A stretch of 63,035 nt of DNA, filler included, from Asterionella formosa (lineage: Eukaryota): the NCBI GenBank assembly GCA_002256025.1. It is 28 parts of 28 records of this genome, joined end to end, with 100 filler letters (N's around TTAATTAATTAA, not from the genome) between each part and the next. Parts side by side here need not be neighbours in the genome. Positions count along the whole stretch, not along the records: positions 50,641 to 51,676 come from NKIB01004784.1; positions 51,777 to 52,812 come from NKIB01004786.1; positions 52,913 to 53,948 come from NKIB01004787.1; positions 54,049 to 55,084 come from NKIB01004788.1; positions 55,185 to 56,220 come from NKIB01004789.1; positions 56,321 to 57,356 come from NKIB01004790.1; positions 57,457 to 58,491 come from NKIB01004791.1; positions 58,592 to 59,627 come from NKIB01004792.1; 20 more parts are not named here. One strand, written 5' to 3'. The notes beneath the pieces were generated by a model. The model was not told where the DNA came from and did not search any database. It was given only the letters and a program-made list of their open reading frames with translations. Shown here piece by piece: positions 50,759 to 61,999 of this stretch. The position numbers and the translations under genes are program-made. Every line of letters starts with the position of its first letter. Position 1 is the stretch's first letter.

Positions 50759-52646
50759 TATATTTTGGTTTTGGCTTTAGTTTTATGATTTATGAGATGT
50801 TTTCAAACACTGACCTCTTTCTGCATTCACACTTGAGAGCTGGGTGTTCATGTCAACGACCAAGTTAAGCTCAAATACCTTGTCATTTGTTCTATGTGTT
50901 GATCACACTTCCATACAATACGATTACTATAGTTATCGAAATTTGAGAAATGGAGAAGGACCATATATTTATAGTCACGGTTGCTCGCAGGGACGTTCAA
51001 CAAGACCAGTATAGCTACGAGGTACTGCGGTTTACTTGAAGACAACATCAGCATATATCTATAGTGGAAAGATTTGTAGAAATCATCATCGCATTGCTTG
51101 ATCTATTTATAAGTCGTAATGCAGGTCATAATTTCTTTTTCCTTGCGTGGTTGTTATGGAGTACAGTACCGGTAGTTCGAAAATGTGGCCAATATGTTGA
51201 AACTGAGTACATTTTATCTAGAACATCATCTATACCTGTGACTCAGTATACATAGTCTAAATAAGGTATATATTAGAAAGCGATGTCCCAACGACAACTA
51301 ATAATGCGTGTCCATTCAACCGAACAATGATTTCATACATACAATATCTACAGGTATGTTCAAACTTAAATAAAGAACTTGCTTCCAATAATGTATATGG
51401 GGCTACCGGTTGTCGAACCCACTCTCTATACCTATTTTGAAGGATATATGTAATCTTTATCGTCACACTATGTATCCACTGTAACAATGCTGTTGTTGTC
51501 GATGATTGAATCAACAACCTTATGTTTTGTATGCCGGTATAATAATCAACATCTGGAATGTTCGAAAAGTCCATGAATGAATACCGGTATACCCATCAGC
51601 AATTACTGGGTACATACATTACGGTGAAGCTATGATGCTGCTAAGAATAGAATGACAATGTTCTGTAATTTTATCCNNNNNNNNNNNNNNNNNNNNNNNN
51701 NNNNNNNNNNNNNNNNNNNNTTAATTAATTAANNNNNNNNNNNNNNNNNNNNNNNNNNNNNNNNNNNNNNNNNNNNGAAAGTTCGCCTCCATGTTGAAAC
51801 AAAATCCCACTCTCGGTAACGTTATAAATTCCACCAGGTCGATGCTGATTGGCATCAGTAGGATGATTAGGATTCAATGGTGCCATGGTCTCGCTCCCTT
51901 CCTATATTTTTAGATGTAATACCTGTTCAAGTAATGGGGAGTACGGTAGACAATGTTGCTCCTTGATTGTCGCAATTAATTAATTATATAATCAGGAATC
52001 ATGATGCGGCTTTCGTGGTCTGAACAAATTTCGTGAGGAAGTATCTACCAGTTCTTCGTGGTCGCCTACGGTGCTGGTATGCTTTTGTCATTAAACTATA
52101 CTGCTACATGCCGCCCGTGTCCAACATGTACCCTGGTACCTGGTACCAGTATAGTTAGTAAAGTAAGTGTCTGGTAGTACAGTACATACCGGTATCATAT
52201 CTCAATCTCAAGAATCGTTTTACTGATGGCTGTGGCTGGCTGATCGATGATACGTTACCAAAAAAATCGGTCTGAGCGTCGTCCGCCATTTTTCCAATGT
52301 GCTGGCTGGCTAATCTGTACGGAGCACCAGGTGCCTTGCAAGTTTCCGTAATTTTGCTGAAACAAAAGATTTAGCTATTTTTATCTTAGATTAAAATGTT
52401 AGTTTCAGCAACATGACCAGAATTTGCTGGTACCTGGTACCGTCGTGTTATTAGAACGCTGCCTGTACTACGGTACCTGGTGTACCAGGTACAAACAATC
52501 ACTCACCACATACACACGTATAACGGTATTCATTAGTACTGGTGCCGTAGCTATGATTCACTGATTCAACCGGGATGATATCATGGCAATCACCTTCCAA
52601 AAAACAACACCCCCATGTTACAAGCGACAAACGCACAGTTCATAAC

Positions 52647-52812
52647 ATGACTGTCGTCTCCACTGCCTCACTGTCACTGCCACCTCCCGAGTTTGTTGCT
52701 GTCATTTTGGCTTCATCCACAGGTGCTCGGCTTTTCCCATTAACATGTCCAGATCATCCCAAACATTTGTTACCAGTGGGCGGAATTCCCATGTTGGCTC
52801 GTCTTCTTCATG
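52647..52812 (+). CDS. EIF2B3: eIF2B gamma subunit-like N-terminus (partial)
   Basis: EFVAVILASSTGARLFPLT..PKHLLPVGGIPML, a degenerate nucleotidyltransferase-like N-terminus typical of eIF2B-gamma. Confidence 0.7.
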
Positions 52813-52938
52813 NNNNNNNNNNNNNNNNNNNNNNNNNNNNNNNNNNNNNNNNNNNNTTAATTAATTAANNNNNNNNNNNNNNNNNNNNNNNNNNNNNNNN
52901 NNNNNNNNNNNNGGGGAAATGTTTGTCCAAACAGATCC

Positions 52939-53701
52939 CTAAGGGTGCCACACTGGCAAGGCACCAGGGATGAGTTCGTTGGAAACCCAGGCGGCAATGG
53001 TCATCCTGCAAAATATTATTTTTCATGGTTAGTTGCAACCACTTCTATACTGGACGAGAAGAATGCAAAACACACAAAACTTACATGGCGACACGTCCGT
53101 TCTTGATCTCCTTCATACGGAGGCTAGTAAGTTCCGCAGAGTTCCATCCACCAGCACGCTTGGTAAATCCAAGTGGATCGTATCCGTAGTCTCCAGGGAT
53201 TTCTTTGCCCTGGTTCCACTGACGCTCGTAAGCGATGCACTCGAACCATCCAGCCGCAAAAAAGATCTGAAGCCATCCAGCGGCGGGGACCATGGCAATG
53301 GCATCGAGGGGAGCCGCGTGGGAAATGTCAGAGAAGGTAACACCCGAGGAGGTGGAGAGGAACCAGGAATCGGCAGATTCAGGGCTGAAGGCATTGGAGC
53401 CCGAGGGTCCAAGGTAGAGAGGAAAGTGGACGCCGAACTTTTGAACCATGAATCCAATGGTGGCGATCATCGCAATGCGTCCGTGCTTGATTTCAGCATT
53501 CTGGAACCACTTCAGGGCGTCAGGGTTGGCATCTTCCAAGATCCTGGCGCCGAGGGGAGGGCACTTGTTTCCGGTCTCGATGCTAACTCCAAAAGCCTTA
53601 TCGAGTGCGGAGTTCAATGAAACGACCTGCTTCGTCTGGGCAGCAGGGGCAAATGCGGAGGCAGCTCCGACGCAAAGGGTAAGGGCAGCAATAGTCTTCA
53701 T
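52939..53701 (-). CDS. Fucoxanthin-chlorophyll a/c light-harvesting protein (LHC/FCP); exons 53701-53085 and 53005-52939
   Basis: MKT..ASAFAP targeting; AEIKHGRIAMIA; PGDYGYDPLG; KEIKNGRVAM. A 79-bp GT-AG intron restores MMTIAAW..ALPVWHP*. Confidence 0.95.
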
Positions 53702-54048
53702 GATCGATAGTCTCTGCACTACTATATCTTTGCAATGTCAACAAGATGAGCAAGATGTTCTGAAAACGCAGGGGTCCTGCAGACCACGTTGCTTGGCTGA
53801 TGGACCATAAGGGAACACTTGCTTGCAGGATGTTGGCATGCTGTGTTGATTTGTCGTGACCACGTGAACTCTCGAGGGCCTGCGATCCTGTTACCTCAAC
53901 ATAGATCCTACACTCCTGTGAGGTTCACAATCGTTGTGTTGTGGAAGGNNNNNNNNNNNNNNNNNNNNNNNNNNNNNNNNNNNNNNNNNNNNTTAATTAA
54001 TTAANNNNNNNNNNNNNNNNNNNNNNNNNNNNNNNNNNNNNNNNNNNN

Positions 54049-54477
54049 CAGTTGATTAAACAGCTCGTTTCGCTTGTTGGGGAGCACCAATGTAAAACAA
54101 AACCAAATTGCGTAAGTGCTCTTGTCGCTCGTTGGACCTATTCACTTCTGTTGGAACAAAGCTGACAAAACGTTTTTACCTTCTCTCAAAGTTAAGATGA
54201 CAAAAATGTACCGGTAAGTTTTATTCAACAACATTGGATACCCGAAACTTACTTATTCAAGAATTTACTGACAAGTTACTATTACAGACTTATGCATCAG
54301 TTGCATTGATTTGTGGTAAGTGAAGCAAGAGGATACGATGGAAATGCGTGTTCTTGTGTCAATGTAACATGACTACTAGCTAACAAATCATTCCTTCTCA
54401 TTGTTTCTGTAACTGCATAGGACCATAAAACCAATCAAACAACGGAATAGTCGGCGAGTTCAGAGTGACACTAACAG
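54049..54477 (-). mobile_element. Family A left-subterminal fragment fused to family C-like sequence
   Basis: Reverse complement of ~29012-29432, then switches to sequence matching ~41368-41408. Confidence 0.8.
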
Positions 54478-55184
54478 ATGTAACGACTATGCGAATCTTT
54501 TTGTGCCAGTTGTTCAATAATTTCATCCGAATGCTCCTGAATTGAAAGGGTTTGCTGCAATGTCAATTGAATCCTCGACTCAAATAAAAGAACTCTGCAA
54601 TACAGTTGAATGGTGAGTGTGTTCTTGTTGTTTACCTAAATGCTAGTATGGCTTGTCAGCTCACGCATTGTTGTTGACAACAGGCGGGGACAATGAGGTC
54701 CGGAATGAACTGTGTGTTGCTTTCTGCTGTTGCTAGTTCTATCATATACATTACTGACACACTGTTGTTATGAAAATCTCTGCAGGTCAATGAAGAAGTC
54801 ATTTCAAGTACAAGAAGGAAATCAGTGTGTGAGGATGCATTCATGTTGCAACTTCGTAGAATGATGCCTGTTCAAGAGTGAATAATTTCCCCCTTCTGAA
54901 TGAATGGCTTCTCCTTGTCTTGCAATGTCCTTACAGATGTCTCATAATGCCTGCCTTCTCAAGACTGAAGATTCCATTCTGATAGAACAGCTTTGTTTGA
55001 TTGCATATCGAGATTTGTTTCCCATGTAATGTGAAATACCGGTTGTTGAATTAGTAATCAACATTATTTGATAGTACTTTTAAANNNNNNNNNNNNNNNN
55101 NNNNNNNNNNNNNNNNNNNNNNNNNNNNTTAATTAATTAANNNNNNNNNNNNNNNNNNNNNNNNNNNNNNNNNNNNNNNNNNNN

Positions 55185-56098
55185 ATGTCTAGCTAACAAG
55201 TCATTCCTTCTCATTGTTACTGTAACTGCATAGGACAATAAAACCGATCAAACGGAATAGCCGGCGAGTTCAGAATGACACTAACAGAAGGGAGAGAGAC
55301 GCAACATTAGTAAGACATTGCTTGGCACAAGATTCAGAATAGAGGAAGGAAAGGGCGAGACAGGAACAATATACATTGAGACGAGTGGAGAAGAGAGAAA
55401 TATTCCTTGGGTAGCTGTCGAAACAGAAATATCATTGCTAAATTTGTTAATTAAATTACGATCATCCATTCCAATCCTTTTTGAACAATGCTTGTGATTA
55501 GAATTATGATCATGTTTAAGATAGATTTAGATGAAACAATTCACATGATAGCATAGAGTTGAGCTGATTTTAGGATGCATTGTAATAATAATTTACATCT
55601 GGCAATCATGAAAAGTGAAAAAAAATATGAGAAGGTTTATGATATTGATGAGAAATGTTGTTGATCAGTTGATATACATTGTGTGATGATGATATTCTTA
55701 TTATCATTATATTTCAAGGTTGGTAAAATATTAATAAATCATCATAGTTACAAGATGAATCATAGTTTTGATCCGAAAATTATCATATATACTACGAAAA
55801 TCCTGTGCCACCTAGCGTACGATACTCTTGATCCTATATGCATGATACTTTTTATTTGCAGTAGAAGGTTTATGATATTGATGAGAAATGTTGTTGATCA
55901 GTTGATATACATTGTGTGATGATAATGTTCTTATTATCAATATACTTCAAGGTTGGTAAAATATTAATAAATCATCATAGTTACAAGATACCTTGATCAT
56001 AGCTTTGATCCAAAAATTATCATATATACGAAAATCCTGTGCCACTTAGCGTACGATACCCTTGATCCTATATGCATGATACTTTTTATTTGCAGACG
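55185..56098 (-). mobile_element. Family A left end with a ~230-bp tandem duplication of the terminus
   Basis: Reverse complement of 28443-29115; ~55630-55861 is repeated at ~55863-56095; ends TTTGCAGACG|tagtgg. Confidence 0.9.
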
Positions 56099-56606
56099 TA
56101 GTGGAACTTTGTTTTGTTGTATTCTCATGCAACCTAACAAATACAATCATTCTGAAAAAATAAGAATCTATTTGAATATATACGCTTGAAGATGTTCTAA
56201 AATCGAGGAAGAAGTTGAAANNNNNNNNNNNNNNNNNNNNNNNNNNNNNNNNNNNNNNNNNNNNTTAATTAATTAANNNNNNNNNNNNNNNNNNNNNNNN
56301 NNNNNNNNNNNNNNNNNNNNAGGGTAAGAGGAGGAGGAGAGGATTCCACATAGTCATGAAAGGATTTCGTGCTTGAATTTCGAAAAATGTGAACTTTGTG
56401 GTGATAACGTTGGAGCGAACTGCAAAATGTGTAACCAATGCGAACTACCGGTAGCTACCAGGTAACATGTCAAATTGATAGTTCGCGTTTGTTCATCGCC
56501 ATACCGGTACATTATCATTCCAGTTTTTTTTATTTAGGTACTTGGTACCAGGTACCTACTACCTGGTACCTGGCTGGTTCCAGGGTACCTGGTACCTGGT
56601 ACCTGG

Positions 56607-57356
56607 TACTCCCTCTGTCTAGTAACAGTTGCATCGATAATTCAAATTTATCCGGGACCATACACAAGTGCAGTCAAGCCGATGCTTTTGGAGGAGGGTA
56701 AGATGAGTCGTTTTATGTATTGTGTTAATCATTTACAATTGAACCATCCAGATTAAGAACATGCATCCTTCCCCTGACGTTGATTTTGATCTGGGACTTT
56801 TTGGTTATTATGATGGCTTCTACGACCAGGTCCATATAGATGAAAAGTGATTTTTTGTTTCAGAAGGAAAGTTGAAAATTTATCTGGCTCATGGAGAAGA
56901 GGCTCCCACAAGGCGGATGAAACACAAGGAGCATATCGAAAAGGTCGTGTTCCTTTCTGCTGTGACACTTCCGCGTTTTGATGACGAAAAAGTGTGTACC
57001 GGTACCTTTGATTGTAAAATTGGAATTTCGCCATTCGTGCAGCAAGTAGCAGCGCAAAGAAAGTCAACAAACGAATATATCTACATCACGACAATGCTTC
57101 AACACATTTTGGTTCCGGTTTTGCTCCCTTTGTAGCAGCTGCAACAGACGAAGAATGGGATATTCGATTGACTAAGCAACCAGCGAATAGTCCGGATTTG
57201 AATATCAACAATCTATCTTTTTTTAGGGCATTACAGTCAGGTCAATGGGACTCTGTGGAAGAAGCCCACAACGACAACGACGGTTTGATAGAGGCAGTGC
57301 AGGCAGCATTCGTTTTTTTAACCAACCAAATAAAATTGTTCTTTCTTAAGATTACA
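56607..57356 (+). mobile_element. DD39D (plant-like) mariner, internally deleted, with 5' terminal repeat
   Basis: KVVFLSAVTLPRFD..FDCKIGISPFV..AQRKS; HDNA..H; QPANSPDLN..L.FFRALQS; terminus TA-CTCCCTCTGT. Confidence 0.88.
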
Positions 57357-57456
57357 NNNNNNNNNNNNNNNNNNNNNNNNNNNNNNNNNNNNNNNNNNNN
57401 TTAATTAATTAANNNNNNNNNNNNNNNNNNNNNNNNNNNNNNNNNNNNNNNNNNNN

Positions 57457-58329
57457 CTTGTTTTCATTGGTATGTTGTTCTTGTATTCACTGTTGAACTT
57501 GTCCGCATCTTTGTTACCATCAATAGAGCGACAAGTGGGTCTCTTCATTGTTGTTTGCTCCTGGAAAAGTCGGTGTCCGTGTCCGTGTCATCCTCATCAA
57601 TAGAGAGACAAGTTCTTTTGTTGGAAAAATTGGTACTCGTGGTATCATCATTCGCTCGTTGGAACCACTGTCCGTTGCCTCAAACCTGATTAGCGTTTGA
57701 GTACCGGTATGTCCACTGTCGACTTTAGTACATTACAGGCGGAGTGACTTCGCTACTAAATTGCGTGATATAATAATATACCCTGTAGCACGATGCAGAA
57801 TACAGTTGCTTCCCAATCATCTCATCATGATTGATAAGATGATACTGTGATATCATGATAAGGTTACATCGATACATACATCACCAAAGTATGATACGTA
57901 ATATTGAATAAAGTACATCACATAGCTATGATACATTGATCATAAAACTATGATAATTTAATAAAATGTTTATGATATAATTTTGATCAAAATATGATCA
58001 TGTAAAAATAGTACAATGACAATAAAATACGATAAAATATGTATGCAAGTGTTATCAATACATCACAGAATATAAATCAAGCAATCATAAAGTATGTTAA
58101 TTAATATATATGTTTGTCGTTTAATATATACAGTTAAAGTCAACAGTTAATATGATAGTATTATACAGTGGATAGGATCTAAGTATACGGATGCGTTGAT
58201 ATGTACATCACTATAATATGATTTGTGACATGATGGATTGATGCATATCACATACCGGTATCCACACAACCAGCTATCACGTTCATTGTCGTGTCGTCTT
58301 TCCTTGTTTTAGCTATACCGGTATATATG
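57457..58329 (-). mobile_element. Family A right-subterminal region (third copy)
   Basis: Reverse complement of ~35287-36148 and of 16811-17625. Confidence 0.9.
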
Positions 58330-58491
58330 CTCAGATCCGTTCCATTGCAAATCTTCCTTCAATAGGTCAAAATCGTCATCCTTGAGCATTTGCCTTCCAG
58401 TGGCATCGTAGGACTGAAGCGCGTCCAGAAAGATACGCTCCTTTTCGGATAATGTGAGACGAATGAGTTCCCCACTTTCCGGATCGACGAC
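58330..58491 (-). pseudogene. PGRL1: PGRL1-like gene fragment fused to family A sequence
   Basis: VVDPESGELIRLTLSEKERIFLDALQSYDATGRQMLKDDDFDLLKEDLQWNGSE resembles the PGRL1 EKE..FL.ALQS.Y..G......FD.LKE.L.W.GS motif. The frame stops a few codons into TE sequence. Confidence 0.7.
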
Positions 58492-58757
58492 NNNNNNNNN
58501 NNNNNNNNNNNNNNNNNNNNNNNNNNNNNNNNNNNTTAATTAATTAANNNNNNNNNNNNNNNNNNNNNNNNNNNNNNNNNNNNNNNNNNNNCACATGCTG
58601 GCCGAGCCGAGTTTGAAACAGAACGTAGTTAATTGAGTATGTACGGAGTACCAAAGCAAGCATAAAAAAAACCCATCATCGTTTGCCACACTAATAACAG
58701 TCCCATTATTACACGGTATTTCGAATACCGGGTAATTGTTGGTAAATCTCGGCAACA

Positions 58758-59606
58758 ATGGCAAACAGAGATCTGTCGGAAGATGAAGTTGCTGACCTCA
58801 AGGAGGCCTTCAGCATGTTCGACATCAATGGAGATGGTGAGATCAATCAAAGAAGAAATGACCTTGGCAAAACAAATGATCGTGATTTCTTTTTCACACC
58901 TTTCCCGTACCTGGTAGTACCATGTGTCTTTGTCTGGCGGTTGTACGCGACCGTCAACAAAGGCAGTGCTGATTCTTCGCATTATGGTGGAGGTGTATTT
59001 TCCCGTGACACCGTGTATGTTCCTGATCATGATGGTGAATCTTCTCGGCCAAGTGACACCCACTTAGTGGAACATCAGCCGTGTATGCATGCATGGAGCA
59101 GAGCCTTGTTTGCAAAAATACTGCTTACGGCGCTTCTAGTTACGTGTCGTTGCGTTGCCATTAGCCGTCGCCTATGATTCTAAATGGCCTTTTCGATCAA
59201 GTCGTTACTTACTCACTGGTTCTATCGCTTCTGTTCGACTCTAGGCACTATTGAACTCCACGAACTTCAACAGGTGATGAAAAAGCTTGGACAAAATCCT
59301 TCTGAAGGGGAATTGATTGAAATGATCAACTCTGTAGATGATAACGGGGACAATGAAATTGACTTTGGAGAATTCCTTGTCCTTATGAAGTCTCGCATTG
59401 GCGAACGCGACCCCGAGAAGGAATTGCGGGACGCCTTTGCCGTATTCGATGCCAATGGAAGTGGTTCCATCGACAGAAGGGAATTGAAGAGACTGATGAA
59501 GAAGCTTGGACAAGCTCTTACCGAGGCAGAACTTGATGCCATGATGGACGAAGTTGATACGAATGGCGATGGAGAGATCAGTTTCGAGGAATTTAAGGCA
59601 ATGATG
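58758..59606 (+). CDS. Calmodulin-like protein with four EF-hands; exons 58758-58836 and 59245-59606, last exon missing
   Basis: LKEAFSMFDINGDG|TIELHEL..LGQNPSE.EL..M..VDDNGDNEIDF..ELRDAFAVFDANGSG..VDTNGDGEISFEEF; GT-AG intron 58837-59244 and donor at 59607. Confidence 0.92.
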
Positions 59607-59969
59607 GTAAGTCTGCTCATAGCCTTTNNNNNNNNNNNNNNNNNNNNNNNNNNNNNNNNNNNNNNNNNNNNTTAATTAATTAANNNNNNNNNNNNNNNNN
59701 NNNNNNNNNNNNNNNNNNNNNNNNNNNAATAATGAAAAATCAATGGCTATCTCTTCAGAACCCTTTAGACAACCGGGAGGGCGATATTCGAACATGATAG
59801 AGGATATTTCTGTAGAACCCTAAAGTCAAGCGGGAAAGTGATCGTCTACCAGAACAGTACGAAATTATCATTTCAATCTAGGTATAGAAGTGGATGTTAC
59901 AAAAAGATGGAATCTTTATTTAATTGTTAGCTGTACAGATGAATTACTTCAATCGTATTTGCACACGTT

Positions 59970-60536
59970 TTAAAGTCCACTAAGGTATCCACCGAATGCA
60001 CCGCGAGAAGGAGCAGGAGCCTTGGCGAAGACAGGAGTAGTATGGACCTTTCCTGGTAACGAACTGAGGTAGCTAGCACCGAAGGTAGGTCCGGTAGCAA
60101 CAGGGGATGCAACAGAAGGTGTTGGTGTAACCGTCACGACAGGAGAACTGAAGGTCTTTCCTGGCAGGGAGCTGAGGTACGAAGAACCAAAGCCAGAAAC
60201 CGCAACAACAGTTGGTGCTGGCTTGACAGCAATATCAGGAGTAGAATGGATTTTTCCAGGCAACGAACTAAGATAGTTGGCACCAAAGCCGGCCCCACTG
60301 GAAGGGGCAGGGGTTGCTGCGACAACCGGAGTGGTGAAGGTCTTTCCTGGCAAGGAACTGAGGTAGCCTGCTCCAAAGCCAGATGCACTACCAGAACTCG
60401 CGACAGGTGTTGGTGCAGGAGCAGTGAAAATTGGAACGGTGAAGGTCTTACCGGGCAGACCATTCAGATATTTACCAACCTGCAAGGCAGACGTGGCCAT
60501 AGGGAGGAGAAAGACAAGGGCGATGGAAGTTTTCAT
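59970..60536 (-). CDS. 188-aa signal-peptide protein with six (F)G..YLxxL(PGK) repeats in P/A/S/T/V-rich spacers
   Basis: Complete ORF starting MKTSIALVFLLPMATSA-L; repeats keep the peptide while varying codons. Confidence 0.88.
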   Translation of the reverse strand: MKTSIALVFLLPMATSALQVGKYLNGLPGKTFTVPIFTAPAPTPVASSGSASGFGAGYLSSLPGKTFTTPVVAATPAPSSGAGFGANYLSSLPGKIHSTPDIAVKPAPTVVAVSGFGSSYLSSLPGKTFSSPVVTVTPTPSVASPVATGPTFGASYLSSLPGKVHTTPVFAKAPAPSRGAFGGYLSGL

Positions 60537-60863
60537 TGTTGTATTTTGTTCTTTTCAATACCACCGGTATTTGCTTATTAATCTCAGTTTGTGAGCAGAC
60601 TGTGGAGGAGGAACACATTTTCTTACCGCACCTACCGGCATTCGTCCACGTTGGTGACGTCAAGCTGCAGGAACTCAAAGTTACACTGGGACGACACATT
60701 TCGCCAATTCAGTACCATCACGCGTTCCCGGAAGCTCTTGTGCTTCGTGGGTTTCTTTTGACCNNNNNNNNNNNNNNNNNNNNNNNNNNNNNNNNNNNNN
60801 NNNNNNNTTAATTAATTAANNNNNNNNNNNNNNNNNNNNNNNNNNNNNNNNNNNNNNNNNNNN

Positions 60864-61191
60864 ATAGTACTTGATGTAAGCAAAATCAATGCAGTCGTGT
60901 CGAATGTTCATATGCTCAGAAAGAACGTATATTGATCAAAGGAGGCCTCCGGATGTGTAAATTTTCGGATGCTTGTGGACTGATCATCAGTGCTGTGGCA
61001 ACAAGAATTCCAAACATCCTTTCTCCACCAATTTAAGGCCAATTTATATCCAGCATAGCATTAGATGTCCACGAGAGCAATACCGTCATGGCGAATGGCG
61101 ATATTCTCAGAATGAACATATATTGATCAAATTGGTCATCAGGAAGGTTTGTAAAATCTCGGTGCTTGCTGTGGACTGAACATCAGTGCTG
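60864..61191 (+). repeat. ~180-bp family B satellite monomers
   Basis: Matches ~11500-11780 and the reverse complement of 21540-21740. Confidence 0.9.
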
Positions 61192-61899
61192 CATATGTCT
61201 ATGACTGCTGCTAGTAGCAGCAGTCATAGACATATGTATATGGTGTTCTATTTATACAATCCTAAAACTATGATGATTTACTATGGTGTTCTATTGCTTG
61301 CTTATTACTCCGACTACCGGTTCCGCTTTTCAGTTTCACGATCATACAATCCTAAAACTATGATTTACTGTCCCACTGTAATTGCAACAAACATGAACAT
61401 ATGGTGTTCTATTTGTTTTTAGTTTTACGATTATACAATCCTAAAACTATGATGATTTACTGTCCCACTGAAATTGCAACAGTCATGAACATATGGTGTT
61501 CTATTTGTTTTTAGTTTTATGATCATACGATCCTAAAACTATGATCGTTTACTGTCCCACTGCAGCAGCAACAGTCATGAACATATGGTGTTCTTTTGGA
61601 TCATAATTTTACGATCATACGATCCTAAAACTATGATCGTTTACTGTCCCACTGCAGTAGCAACAGTCCTGAACATATGGTGTTCTGTTGCTAGTTTACC
61701 GGCACTACTCCGGCTACCCCCAGCCAGCCAGTATATCACTTACTACCTGCTGCTGGTACCCTGTATGTATAAATGATACATTGTTATTGTCATATGATGT
61801 ACCGGTACACATGAAGAGCTCCCGCCCAAAAAAGGGGCTTAAACAATTTGCTACCAAAACCCTTGCGGCATTTGAACGGTCTAAATAATTAGTTTCAAC
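61192..61899 (-). mobile_element. Family A left-internal ~90-bp repeat array preceded by a perfect hairpin
   Basis: atcctaaaactatgat..ttactgtcccactg..catatggtgttct about x4-5; reverse complement of ~46585-47075. Confidence 0.85.
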
Positions 61900-61999
61900 N
61901 NNNNNNNNNNNNNNNNNNNNNNNNNNNNNNNNNNNNNNNNNNNTTAATTAATTAANNNNNNNNNNNNNNNNNNNNNNNNNNNNNNNNNNNNNNNNNNNN

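Noticed and set aside
53033..53620. 195-aa + strand ORF (and similar ORFs opposite 15509, 22502, 38379, 49505, 59245 and 59970)
   Set aside because: Antisense shadows of real coding sequences.
61215..61700. ~90-bp repeats as a CRISPR or guide array
   Set aside because: Whole units repeat with no variable spacer; the array is internal to the transposon.
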